Origin: Dehalococcoidia bacterium
GTDB lineage: Bacteria > Chloroflexota > Dehalococcoidia > Lucifugimonadales > Australimonadaceae
Assembly: GCA_034428375.1 (NCBI GenBank)
Contig: DAOUHT010000140.1
Location: forward strand, 5,654 to 69,653
Reading direction: 5' to 3'
DNA: 64,000 nucleotides
The first letter of the stretch is position 1. Each line of letters begins with the position of its first letter. Both the position numbers and the translations under genes were made by a program. The notes under the pieces are model-generated. The model had not been told where the DNA came from, searched no databases, and saw only the letters and a program-made list of their open reading frames with translations. This document shows positions 8,865 to 16,688 of the stretch, in pieces.

Positions 8865-9562
8865 CGGCCTACCTCGCCATAGACACCTCCACGCGCTATG
8901 GGGCGGCGGCGTTCTGGCAGGATGGCCTGTCGCGCTCGGTCTCGTGGCGTTCCCGCAACAACCACACTGCGGAACTCATGCCGGCGGTCCGCTCGCTCAC
9001 GGAGGCGGAAGGTGTCACGCCGGATGCCCTGGACGGCGTTGTCGTAAGCGTGGGACCCGGCGGGTTCAGCGCGCTGCGGACCGGCATCGGCGTTGCGAAG
9101 GGGCTGGCCGTGGCGTGGTCGCTTCCGGTTGCCGGAGTGAGCACGCTGGAAGCCTCGGCATACCCCTATCGCTCGACGGCGGAGCGCATCTGCGCGGTGC
9201 TTCCTGCGGGCAGGGGAGTGGTTGCCTGGGCCGTCTACGGCGTGAGTGGTGGTGCGTGGAGCGCACTGAGCGAGGAGCAGGTCTCCCCCATCGCTGACTT
9301 CGCAGCCGCGCAGTCCGGCGGGACGCTCTTCTGCGGCGAGTCGGCGGCTGACGTGGAAGACGCGTTGCGCGAGCGCATGGGCGCGGATGCGCGGTTCGTC
9401 ACCGAGTCCGCACCGCTCGCGCGCCTGTCCGGTGCGGCGGAACTCGGCGCCGCGCTCCTCGCGTCAGGCGAGACGACCGGCGCAGCCGCCATCGCCCCCC
9501 GCTACCTCCGTTCCCCACGCATCACGTCCCCGAACGCGCCGAAACCCATCCCCGGCGGCTAG
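8861..9562 (+). CDS. tsaB: tRNA t6A biosynthesis protein TsaB
   Basis: MTAYLAIDTSTRYGAAAF...VVVSVGPGGFSALRTGIGVAKGLA. There is an ATGA overlap with the tsaE stop. The upstream part of the 545-aa track ORF is out-of-frame overlap of thiL/tsaE. Confidence 0.85.
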   Translation: MTAYLAIDTSTRYGAAAFWQDGLSRSVSWRSRNNHTAELMPAVRSLTEAEGVTPDALDGVVVSVGPGGFSALRTGIGVAKGLAVAWSLPVAGVSTLEASAYPYRSTAERICAVLPAGRGVVAWAVYGVSGGAWSALSEEQVSPIADFAAAQSGGTLFCGESAADVEDALRERMGADARFVTESAPLARLSGAAELGAALLASGETTGAAAIAPRYLRSPRITSPNAPKPIPGG

Positions 9563-10040
9563 GCACGGCCTGAACAACCGGTGGCTTGATCCCTTCCCCC
9601 TCGATGGGGGAAGGATAGGATGGGGGTGAACGCCAGTGTTTGTCCCCTTCCCCTTAGTGAAACCCCAGATCACGCTCGTCCCGCTTATGCATCACTCTCG
9701 TTTCGCTCATGCATCCCGCTCATCCGCTCATGCATGACTCTCATCCCGCTCATGGTGAGCTTGTCGAACCACGGGGCAGCCTGCAGGTGAGGGGTGTGCA
9801 GAGGGGAATCCCCTCTGCCACGGGCGCAGGCCGCGGTGTGGGGGTGGCCCCCACAAGCGTATGGGCGGGTGGGTGGGAAGAATTACGCTCCGCCAAACAG
9901 AATTGCGCAAGGGTCCCGTGATGGGGGTGGATTGGCGGGGGGCGCTGAGGACAGACACGCTCAGCCACTCCCTTCCCCGCCCGTGTGGTACCCTACGAAT
10001 TCCGCCGCACGGTGCGGTGAATCATCTTGTGAGTGTGCCG
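9563..10040. repeat. intergenic mosaic of short palindromic interspersed repeats
   Basis: The mosaic contains CCCTTCCCCCtcgatGGGGGAAGGataggatGGGGGTGAA (9591-9630), degenerate CGCTCATGCAT tandems (9670-9745), CGCTCATGGTGAGCTTGTCGAACCAC (9745-9772), and the palindromes GCAGAGGGGAaTCCCCTCTGC and GTGGGGGtggCCCCCAC. The same motifs recur elsewhere in the window. Confidence 0.7.
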
Positions 10041-10076
10041 GGCCTGTGGCGCAGCGGCACGAAGGAGTAACCAGTC

Positions 10077-10532
10077 TTGTCTGAGCGTACTCTCGTTCTG
10101 CTCAAGCCGGACGCGCTGCAGCGCGGCCTCGCGGGCAGGATCATCTCACGGCTCGAAGACCGTGGCCTGAAGATAGTCGGCCTGAAACTGATGCAGATGG
10201 ACATGCCGATCGCGCAGCGGCACTACACGGAGCACGTCGAGAAGCCGTTCTTCGCAGGCTTGGCCTCGTTCATGATGTCCCGTCCGCTCGTCGCAATGGC
10301 GGTGGAAGGCAAGAACGCGGTGGAGGTCGTGCGCAAGACGATGGGGTCCACGAGCCCTCAGAACGCCGAGCCCGGCACCATACGCGGCGATCTCGCGCTC
10401 GACATCGGGCGGAACCTCATCCACGGCTCCGACTCGCCGGAGTCCGCGGCGCGCGAACTCGCCATCTTCTTCGAGGATGCGGAACTGCTGGACTACACTC
10501 GCGAGGTCGAGCCCTGGGTCACTGAATCCTGA
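10077..10532 (+). CDS. ndk: nucleoside-diphosphate kinase
   Basis: MSERTLVLLKPDALQRGLAGRIISRLEDRGLKIVGLK...NLIHGSDSPESA. It uses a TTG start with AAGGAG 11 nt upstream. Confidence 0.95.
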   Translation: MSERTLVLLKPDALQRGLAGRIISRLEDRGLKIVGLKLMQMDMPIAQRHYTEHVEKPFFAGLASFMMSRPLVAMAVEGKNAVEVVRKTMGSTSPQNAEPGTIRGDLALDIGRNLIHGSDSPESAARELAIFFEDAELLDYTREVEPWVTES

Positions 10533-10887
10533 CGAGCTCTCTGCCCGCCCGCCACACCTGCTCCAGCCGGTAGAAGTCCCGCTGCTCTTCGCTGAAGACG
10601 TGTACCACCACGTCGCCGAAGTCGAGCAGCACCCAGCCGGATTCCGCGGAACCTTCCCGGTGATGCAGCCTCGGCCCCGACTTCTCCACGGCTTCAACGA
10701 GGTCCCCTGCGAGCGCATTCAGTTGCCGGACGCTGCCCGCCGTGAGCACCACCATGTAGTCCGCGAACGCGGACACCTCCCGCACGTCCAGCAGCACGAT
10801 GTTGGAACCCTGCTTGTCCGACGCCGCGTCGACGGCCGTGCGCGCCGCTGCGCCTGCGTCCGGAGGTGTGCTCTGCCGCGTTGCCAT
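10519..10887 (-). CDS. rsfS: ribosome silencing factor RsfS (iojap-like)
   Basis: IVLLDVREVSAFADYMVVLTAGSVRQLNALAGDL...WVLLDFGDVVVHVFSEEQRDFYRLEQVW. Its 3' end overlaps the ndk 3' end by 14 nt (convergent genes). Confidence 0.9.
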   Translation of the reverse strand: MATRQSTPPDAGAAARTAVDAASDKQGSNIVLLDVREVSAFADYMVVLTAGSVRQLNALAGDLVEAVEKSGPRLHHREGSAESGWVLLDFGDVVVHVFSEEQRDFYRLEQVWRAGRELVRIQ

Positions 10888-10889
10888 GC

Positions 10890-11340
10890 GGGGAGATTAT
10901 AGGCGGGGCGGGCATCGACCGCGAAGGAGGCCCCGCAGCCCTGGGTCTCGTCATTCTCGCGCAGGCGGAAATCCCGCCCGATTGTAGGGGCGGTTCGCGA
11001 ACCGCCCTGCCCCCCACGTGCGCCCCTCGTCCCCACCCCGCTCATGAGGAAGGGGGGAATCCGCTCATGGTGAGCCTGTCGAACCACCCCCCTCGTTATT
11101 CCCGCACCGGCGGGAATCTAGTGTGCGCGGGCAGCGCACGCGGTGGGGCGTGGGGACGGGGGGTACGTCATGCCGAGTGGAGCGCTTGCCTTGACGCGCA
11201 GCATTCCGGTGTAGGGGCATCCCTCGTGGGTGCCCTTGCGCCTCGCCATCCCCGCCTCCGCCATTCCTGCCCCGCTCCCCATCCCTGCAGGGATTCCTGA
11301 CACCCGCCCCTTTCGCGGTCGCCCCGCCTCTCGCTACCCT
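10890..11340. repeat. intergenic mosaic of short palindromic interspersed repeats
   Basis: The mosaic contains TCATTCTCGCGCAGGCGGAAATCC, GTAGGGGCGGTTCGCGAACCGCCC, CGCTCATGGTGAGCCTGTCGAACCAC (11061-11090), ATTCCCGCACCGGCGGGAAT, GTCATGCCGAG...CGCAGCAT and GTAGGGGCATCCCTCGTGGGTGCCC (11211-11236). Confidence 0.7.
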
Positions 11341-11583
11341 GATCGCATGACCGTTGCGCTCACAGCGCCGGGAAAGCAACGAAATGCAACACTTCTTAGA
11401 AAAACACCCCTCCGCCCCACTCATGATGTTCCCTGCTCTGGGAACGGGCAGAGTGTTGCTTTCAGTCGCATCCACGTTGCCTTCTGTCTGCATCGGTGTT
11501 GCACACTGTCCGGGTCCACGCTGCAAACGTGTTGCACCGCATCGCACGCGCAGGAACGGCGGACGTCAGGGCGGGTTGGTATC

Positions 11584-12789
11584 ATGACTGCGGGCACAGA
11601 GAGTATGAACGGACTCCTCAGCACAACAGGGCATGGGAAGCGCGTCATCGCCGCGATGTCGGGCGGCGTCGACTCCTCCGTCGCCGCGTACCTGTTGCAC
11701 CGGCAGGGCTACGACGTCATCGGCGTCACGATGCGGCTCTGGTCGGCGGACGAGGATGACGTATCGCCGGACCACCAGGGCTGCTGCTCCATCCAGGACA
11801 TCGAGGACGCCCGCCGCGTCTGCCAGACGATCGGCATTCCGCACTACGTCGTGGACGCCCGGCGCGAGTTCCGCGAGCACGTCGTCGCCTACTTTGTGAG
11901 CGAGTACGAGCGCGGGCGTACCCCGCACCCCTGTATCGCCTGCAACGACCGCATCAAATTCGACTTCCTCATGCAGCGAGCCGCGATGATGGACGCCGAC
12001 TACGTCGCCACCGGCCACTACGCCCGCATCGAACGCGACGCCTCCAACGGCGCTTGGACGCTCCGGCAGGGCGTGGACGCCACGAAGGACCAGTCATACG
12101 TGCTGTTCGGGCTCGGCCAGAAGCAGTTGGCGCGTGTGCTGCTGCCGGTGGGCGGCTACACCAAGGAGGAGATCCGCGCGCTGGCGAGGGAGGCCGGGTT
12201 CCACCTCGCGGACAAGGCCGACAGCCAGGAGATCTGCTTCATACCCAGCGGCGACTACCGCGGGTTCATGCGGAAGGAGTCCGCGCCGGAACCGGGCGAG
12301 GTCGTGGACGCAACAGGCCGCGTCGTCGGCGAGCATCCGGGCATCGAGTTCTTCACCGTCGGCCAGCGGCGCGGCATCGGCGTCGCGCCGTCGGCCCTGG
12401 GCCTGCCCGAGGGTGAGAAGCTCTTCGTGACGGCGGTCGACCCTGGGACGCGGCGCATCACCGTCGGTGCGAGCCGCAACCTGCTCCGGCACGGCGTTCG
12501 TGTGGGGAACGTCCGCTACGTCGCGGGCGCGCGCCCCGCTGACACGTCCCGCGTCTCCGCCCGCATACGCTACAACGGACGCCCCGCCTCGGCCGTTCTT
12601 CACCACGACGGCGACGGCGCGGTGCTATGGTTCGACGAGCCGCAGCGGGCCATCACGCCGGGCCAGGCCGCCGTCTTCTACGACGGCGATCGCGTGCTCG
12701 GCGGCGGTTTCATAGAGGGTCCAGCGGAAGCCTGGCTGCCTTCCATCGCTGAGAACAACGGCCCGGCCGGAGCACCGGCTGCCGTCTGA
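11584..12789 (+). CDS. mnmA: tRNA 2-thiouridine(34) synthase MnmA
   Basis: The PP-loop is RVIAAMSGGVDSSVAAYLL...GVTMRLW...CCS...DARRVC, and KDQSYVL is present. ATG 11584 is chosen because the longer track ORF (from 11230) extends through repeat DNA. Confidence 0.9.
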   Translation: MTAGTESMNGLLSTTGHGKRVIAAMSGGVDSSVAAYLLHRQGYDVIGVTMRLWSADEDDVSPDHQGCCSIQDIEDARRVCQTIGIPHYVVDARREFREHVVAYFVSEYERGRTPHPCIACNDRIKFDFLMQRAAMMDADYVATGHYARIERDASNGAWTLRQGVDATKDQSYVLFGLGQKQLARVLLPVGGYTKEEIRALAREAGFHLADKADSQEICFIPSGDYRGFMRKESAPEPGEVVDATGRVVGEHPGIEFFTVGQRRGIGVAPSALGLPEGEKLFVTAVDPGTRRITVGASRNLLRHGVRVGNVRYVAGARPADTSRVSARIRYNGRPASAVLHHDGDGAVLWFDEPQRAITPGQAAVFYDGDRVLGGGFIEGPAEAWLPSIAENNGPAGAPAAV

Positions 12790-12876
12790 GGCCGGACGAC
12801 GAACGGATACCACCCCATCCCCACGCAGAACGAGGAGCGCCGCCTCCTGCTGGAAGGCTACGCGCGCGTCGCGGGC

Positions 12877-13446
12877 GTGGACGAGGTCGGGCGCGGCCCC
12901 ATCGCCGGGCCGGTCGTCGCCGGCGCCGTCGTCCTCCCCGACCTGACCGGGTTCGAGCATGACGACCTGCCGCTCCTGCGCGACAGCAAGACGCTCAAGC
13001 CCGCCGAGCTGCGCCGCGCCGACCGCCTCGTGCGCGGTATCGCCCTTGCCATCGGCATCGGCGAGGCGAGCAACGAGGAGATCGACAGCGAGGGCATCGC
13101 TCCCGCCTCCCGCATCGCCATGCGCCGGGCGCTCGAATGCCTCAATGAACCGCCCGACCACGTGCTCGTGGACGCGTTCCCGCTCGACTGGCGGCGCAAG
13201 CCGTGCACCGCCATCGTCAAGGGCGACGCGCTCTGCTCCGCCATCGCCGCCGCCTCCATCGTGGCGAAGGTCTACCGCGACAGGCTGATGCGGCGGCTGG
13301 ACAGGCGCTACCCCGGTTACGGCCTCAGCGCGCACAAGGGCTACGCCTCGGCCCGGCACCTCGCTGCGGTCGCGGAGAAGGGGCCGTCGCCGGTGCACCG
13401 GCTCACGTTCTCGCCGTTCAAACCGACACTGTTCACCGATGCCTAG
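12877..13446 (+). CDS. rnhB: ribonuclease HII
   Basis: GVDEVGRGPIAGPVVAGAVVL...DSKTLKP...VKGDALCSAIAAASIVAKVYRD...GYGLSAHKGY. The start is uncertain: GTG 12877 sits right at the catalytic DE motif, and the upstream in-frame stretch has no ATG/GTG/TTG. Confidence 0.8.
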   Translation: MDEVGRGPIAGPVVAGAVVLPDLTGFEHDDLPLLRDSKTLKPAELRRADRLVRGIALAIGIGEASNEEIDSEGIAPASRIAMRRALECLNEPPDHVLVDAFPLDWRRKPCTAIVKGDALCSAIAAASIVAKVYRDRLMRRLDRRYPGYGLSAHKGYASARHLAAVAEKGPSPVHRLTFSPFKPTLFTDA

Positions 13447-13813
13447 CCCACGTTCCAGGCTCGGCACGCAGGGCGAGCGGATAGCAGCCGCGCACCTGGA
13501 ATCGCTCGGACTCGTCATCGAGACGCGGAACTACCGCACACGCTTCGGCGAGGTAGACATCGTCGCGCGGGACGGCGAAGAGACGGTGTTCGTCGAGGTG
13601 CGTACGAAGCGCAGCACGGCCTACGGCACGCCGGAGGAATCGCTGACGCCCCGCAAGCAGGCGCGGCTCGTGAAGGCTGCGGAGCAATACCTTGCAGAGC
13701 GCGGGCTCGCTGGGACCTCGTGGCGCGTAGACCTCGTCGCCATCACCCTCCAACCCGACGGCCCGGCGCACATCTCGCACATCGAGTCAGCGGTCGAGGC
13801 TCGTGACGGGTAG
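13439..13813 (+). CDS. yraN: YraN family endonuclease (UPF0102)
   Basis: GERIAAAHLESLGLVIETRNYRTRFGEVDIVARDGEETVFVEVRTKRS... Confidence 0.85.
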   Translation: MPSPRSRLGTQGERIAAAHLESLGLVIETRNYRTRFGEVDIVARDGEETVFVEVRTKRSTAYGTPEESLTPRKQARLVKAAEQYLAERGLAGTSWRVDLVAITLQPDGPAHISHIESAVEARDG

Positions 13814-13831
13814 AATTGTCCTGCGCCGGGG

Positions 13832-14665
13832 TTAGTTCTCTTTCACGAGCGCGAAACCGATCACGCCGGGACCCGCATGCGCGCCGATCGACGCCCCGAC
13901 CGAGCCGTTGACGACCGTGTTCGCCGTGAACTCCGCGAGATGCTCAACCATGGCGTTGGCTTCCTCTTCGCTGACCCAATGCATCACCGCTGCCTCGCGG
14001 TACGAACCTCCGGACGCGGCGATCTCCCGCATACGCTGCACCGCCTTGCCCTTGGTGCGTACCTTCTCGTGCGGGTGCACTTCGCCGTTCATGAGCTTCA
14101 GTATGGGCTTCATGGAGAGCAGGGAGCCCAGCAGCGCCTGCGCGCTCCCGATCCGTCCCCCGCGCTTCAGGTACTCCAGTGTGTCCGGCACGAGGAAAAC
14201 CTCGGTGTTGGCGGCCGCATTGCGGGCGGCCTCCGCTGCTCCGGCCGCGTCCGCGCCGGCTGCAGCAGCGTCTGCGGCGGCCTTCGCTGCGAGCGCGACC
14301 CCCATCGACGCAAGCTCGGTATCCACGGTCTCCACCGTGGTGTTCGGCAACTCCTCGGCTGCGAGGCGTGCCGAGTTGACCGTCCCGCTCAGCTTGCCAG
14401 AAACGTGCACCGACACGATGTCGTGGCCTGCCTCGGCAAGCGGCCTGTAGACGTCCAGGAAGTCCCCCACTGAAGGCTGCGTCGTCGTGGGCATGATGTT
14501 GCCCGTGGTCAGCCGGTTGAAGAACTCCTCCTTGGTGATCTCCACTCCGTCCTTGAACGCATCGGCCCCGAAGAAGACCGTGCAGGGCACGACGGAGATA
14601 CCGAGCCCCTCGGCGAGTTCTGCTGGGATGTCCGAAGCGCTGTCGGTTACGACCTTGACTGCCAT
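13832..14665 (-). CDS. DegV family fatty-acid-binding protein
   Basis: MAVKVVTDSASDIPAELAEGLGISVVPCTVFFG...TTQPSVGDFLDVY...VSGKLSGTVNSARLAA. Confidence 0.85.
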   Translation of the reverse strand: MAVKVVTDSASDIPAELAEGLGISVVPCTVFFGADAFKDGVEITKEEFFNRLTTGNIMPTTTQPSVGDFLDVYRPLAEAGHDIVSVHVSGKLSGTVNSARLAAEELPNTTVETVDTELASMGVALAAKAAADAAAAGADAAGAAEAARNAAANTEVFLVPDTLEYLKRGGRIGSAQALLGSLLSMKPILKLMNGEVHPHEKVRTKGKAVQRMREIAASGGSYREAAVMHWVSEEEANAMVEHLAEFTANTVVNGSVGASIGAHAGPGVIGFALVKEN

Positions 14666-14715
14666 GCTGTCCTCCTTCGCCGTCCCCGCCGTTCGCAGGA
14701 GACGCTGTCTCCCGG

Positions 14716-16371
14716 TTAGTCGATGGAGACGAGGTAATGATAGTGCGGCTGCCCGCCTTCGTGTACTTCTACCTCGATGCCGCCGGGACGCACGCCGATG
14801 GCTGTTGCCGCTTCTGCCGCCGTCTCCTCGGCCAGCCCCGCGCCGTAGAAGAGCGTCACCAGCGCCCCGTCTTCGAGTTCGGCGGCGTCCAGCATCGCAG
14901 CAAGCGCGTCGTTCGGACTCGCCGCCGCCGCGGCGAGTCCGCCGTCGAGTATCGCGATCGCCTGCCCCTCCTCGACGTCTACGTCATCTATCGTAGTCGA
15001 GCGCACAGCCGTCGTGATCTCGCCCGACCGCACGCTGTCCAGCGCGTCCCGCATCGCCTCCGCGTTCTTCTCGCCGTCCAAGTCGGGGTTGAACGCCAGC
15101 ATCGCCGCCATACCCTGCGCGACGTTGCGCGACGCTACAACCGCGATGGGCGTCTCGGAGAGTTCCGCTGCCTGCTCCGCTGCGAGCACGATGTTCTTGT
15201 TGTTCGGCAGCACGATGGTGAACGCCGCGTTCGTCTTCTGCACTGCGGCGATGATGTCCGCCGCGCTTGGGTTCATCGTCTGGCCGCCGGAGACGGTCGC
15301 CGACGCTCCCAGGCTCAGGAACACGCGCGCGATGCCGTCGCCCGGCGCGACCGGGATGACCGCAAGCGCCACGGCCTCAGCCTGCTCCGCCGCATCCTCG
15401 CCGTACCCGTGGAGCGACATGAACTCCTGGTGCTGCAGGTCCATGTTCTGGATGTTGATCTGGTCGAGCGCACCCAGCGCCGCGCCCATGCTCAGCAGTT
15501 GACCGGGGTCCTCCGTGTGGGCATGGACACGCACGACGCGGTCGTCCCCTACCACCACCGTCGACTCCGCCATCGCCATCACGCGCTCGCGCACCGCGTC
15601 CGGATCGAGCCCTTCGCCCTGCACGACGAACTGCGTGCAGTAGCCGTACATCTCCTCTTCCGTGTGTTCGAGGAACTCGTGGCTTACGTTCGCCGCGGCG
15701 CTCTCGAGCCCGCCCTCCGGCGCGGTGATGCGAAGGACGATCTGCTCCTTGCTCACGAAGTTCACCATCCCCGCGAGGAACGCCACGACGCCTTGCCCGC
15801 CCGCGTCGACGACGCCCGCCTGCTTGAGCACCGGCAGCTGCTCAGGCGTGTACGCGAGCGCACGCTCGGCTGCCTCGTACGCCGTGCGCAGCACGTCCGC
15901 CGCTTCCGGCGTTCCATCCGGCGGATGAACGGCCTCCGCCGCAGCCCGCATGACGCTCAGCATCGTCCCCTCAACCGGATTGCCGACGGCCTGATAACCC
16001 GCGTCCGCTGCGGCCTGCAGCGCCGTTGCGAACGCTGCGCCGTCTGCCTGCTCGCAGTCGGCCAGCCCGCCCGCGAGCCCCTTCATGAACTGGGAGAAGA
16101 TGACGCCGCTGTTGCCCCTCGCCCCGAGCAGCGCCCCCCGCGCGATCGCGCTGCTCATCGACCCCACCGTAGCGGACGTCGCATCCGGCATTTCGGCGGA
16201 CGTCGCCGCGCGGAGCGTCAGCAGCATATTGATGCCGGTGTCGCCATCCGGGACCGGGAAGACGTTGAGCGCGTTGATGGCATCGGCGTTGGCCTCGAGG
16301 CAGCCTGCGCCAGCGAGGATGAGCTGATGGAAGTCCTGGGCGTCGAACGCGGAAGATGCCTGTTCGTTCAT
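14716..16371 (-). CDS. DAK2 domain-containing protein (YloV-like)
   Basis: The N-terminal DhaL/DAK2 pattern is LNVFPVPDGDTGINMLLT, and the 551-aa length fits. It is adjacent to DegV, as is commonly seen. Confidence 0.85.
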   Translation of the reverse strand: MNEQASSAFDAQDFHQLILAGAGCLEANADAINALNVFPVPDGDTGINMLLTLRAATSAEMPDATSATVGSMSSAIARGALLGARGNSGVIFSQFMKGLAGGLADCEQADGAAFATALQAAADAGYQAVGNPVEGTMLSVMRAAAEAVHPPDGTPEAADVLRTAYEAAERALAYTPEQLPVLKQAGVVDAGGQGVVAFLAGMVNFVSKEQIVLRITAPEGGLESAAANVSHEFLEHTEEEMYGYCTQFVVQGEGLDPDAVRERVMAMAESTVVVGDDRVVRVHAHTEDPGQLLSMGAALGALDQINIQNMDLQHQEFMSLHGYGEDAAEQAEAVALAVIPVAPGDGIARVFLSLGASATVSGGQTMNPSAADIIAAVQKTNAAFTIVLPNNKNIVLAAEQAAELSETPIAVVASRNVAQGMAAMLAFNPDLDGEKNAEAMRDALDSVRSGEITTAVRSTTIDDVDVEEGQAIAILDGGLAAAAASPNDALAAMLDAAELEDGALVTLFYGAGLAEETAAEAATAIGVRPGGIEVEVHEGGQPHYHYLVSID

Positions 16372-16473
16372 GGGTTCGCCAGCGGCGCGAGAGTTTGCTA
16401 AACTATGCGTCTGCGCCTCGTTGAGAGTGCGCGTATTCTAACCCCGCCGGGCTGCCCGGCGACAGAGAGCGTC

Positions 16474-16668
16474 ATGGCCAGCTGTGAATTATGCGGAGCC
16501 CGCCGCCGCGCGGGCAAGAACGTCAGCCACTCGAACCGGCACACGAACCGCTGGTTCTTCCCGAACATCCAGCGCGCGATGCTCACCATCAGCGGCAAGA
16601 CGAAGCGGATGAACGTCTGCACGCGCTGCCTCCGCACCGTCCAGAACAAGCGGATGCTCTCCGCCTAG
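16474..16668 (+). CDS. rpmB: 50S ribosomal protein L28 (Cys-containing form)
   Basis: MASCELCGARRRAGKNVSHSNRHTNRWFFPNIQRA...CTRCLRT. ATG 16474 lies within the longer track ORF. Confidence 0.9.
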   Translation: MASCELCGARRRAGKNVSHSNRHTNRWFFPNIQRAMLTISGKTKRMNVCTRCLRTVQNKRMLSA

Positions 16669-16688
16669 TTCCTTCTCCGCTCGGCCTC

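Noticed and set aside
7925-9562. A 545-aa ORF suggesting one large protein.
   Set aside because: Only the last 233 aa (from ATG 8861) look like a real protein (TsaB). The upstream part overlaps thiL and tsaE in other frames and is Arg/Ala-rich with no recognisable family.
9709-10084. Small ORFs in the repeat-rich gaps, for example 9709..9921, 9794..10084, 10719..11087, 18286..19026 and 24531..25088.
   Set aside because: Their sequences are translations of the dispersed repeats (motifs like VRQAHHER and GAPLVGA) with no start or RBS support. Equivalent pseudo-ORFs arise wherever the repeats occur.
9563-11340. A possible CRISPR array, given the many short repeats.
   Set aside because: The repeats belong to several different families, are palindromic, occur in both orientations and have irregular spacing with no unique spacers. 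No cas genes are in the window.
11351-11540. The GTGTTGCA motif cluster as a chromosomal origin (gyrA is nearby).
   Set aside because: I saw no DnaA-box-like TTATCCACA/TGTGGATAA sequences, no dnaA or dnaN in the window, and no extended AT-rich unwinding element.
11230-11583. An N-terminal extension of mnmA (519-aa track ORF).
   Set aside because: The extension is encoded by interspersed repeat DNA and the low-GC motif cluster. The MnmA homology begins near ATG 11584.
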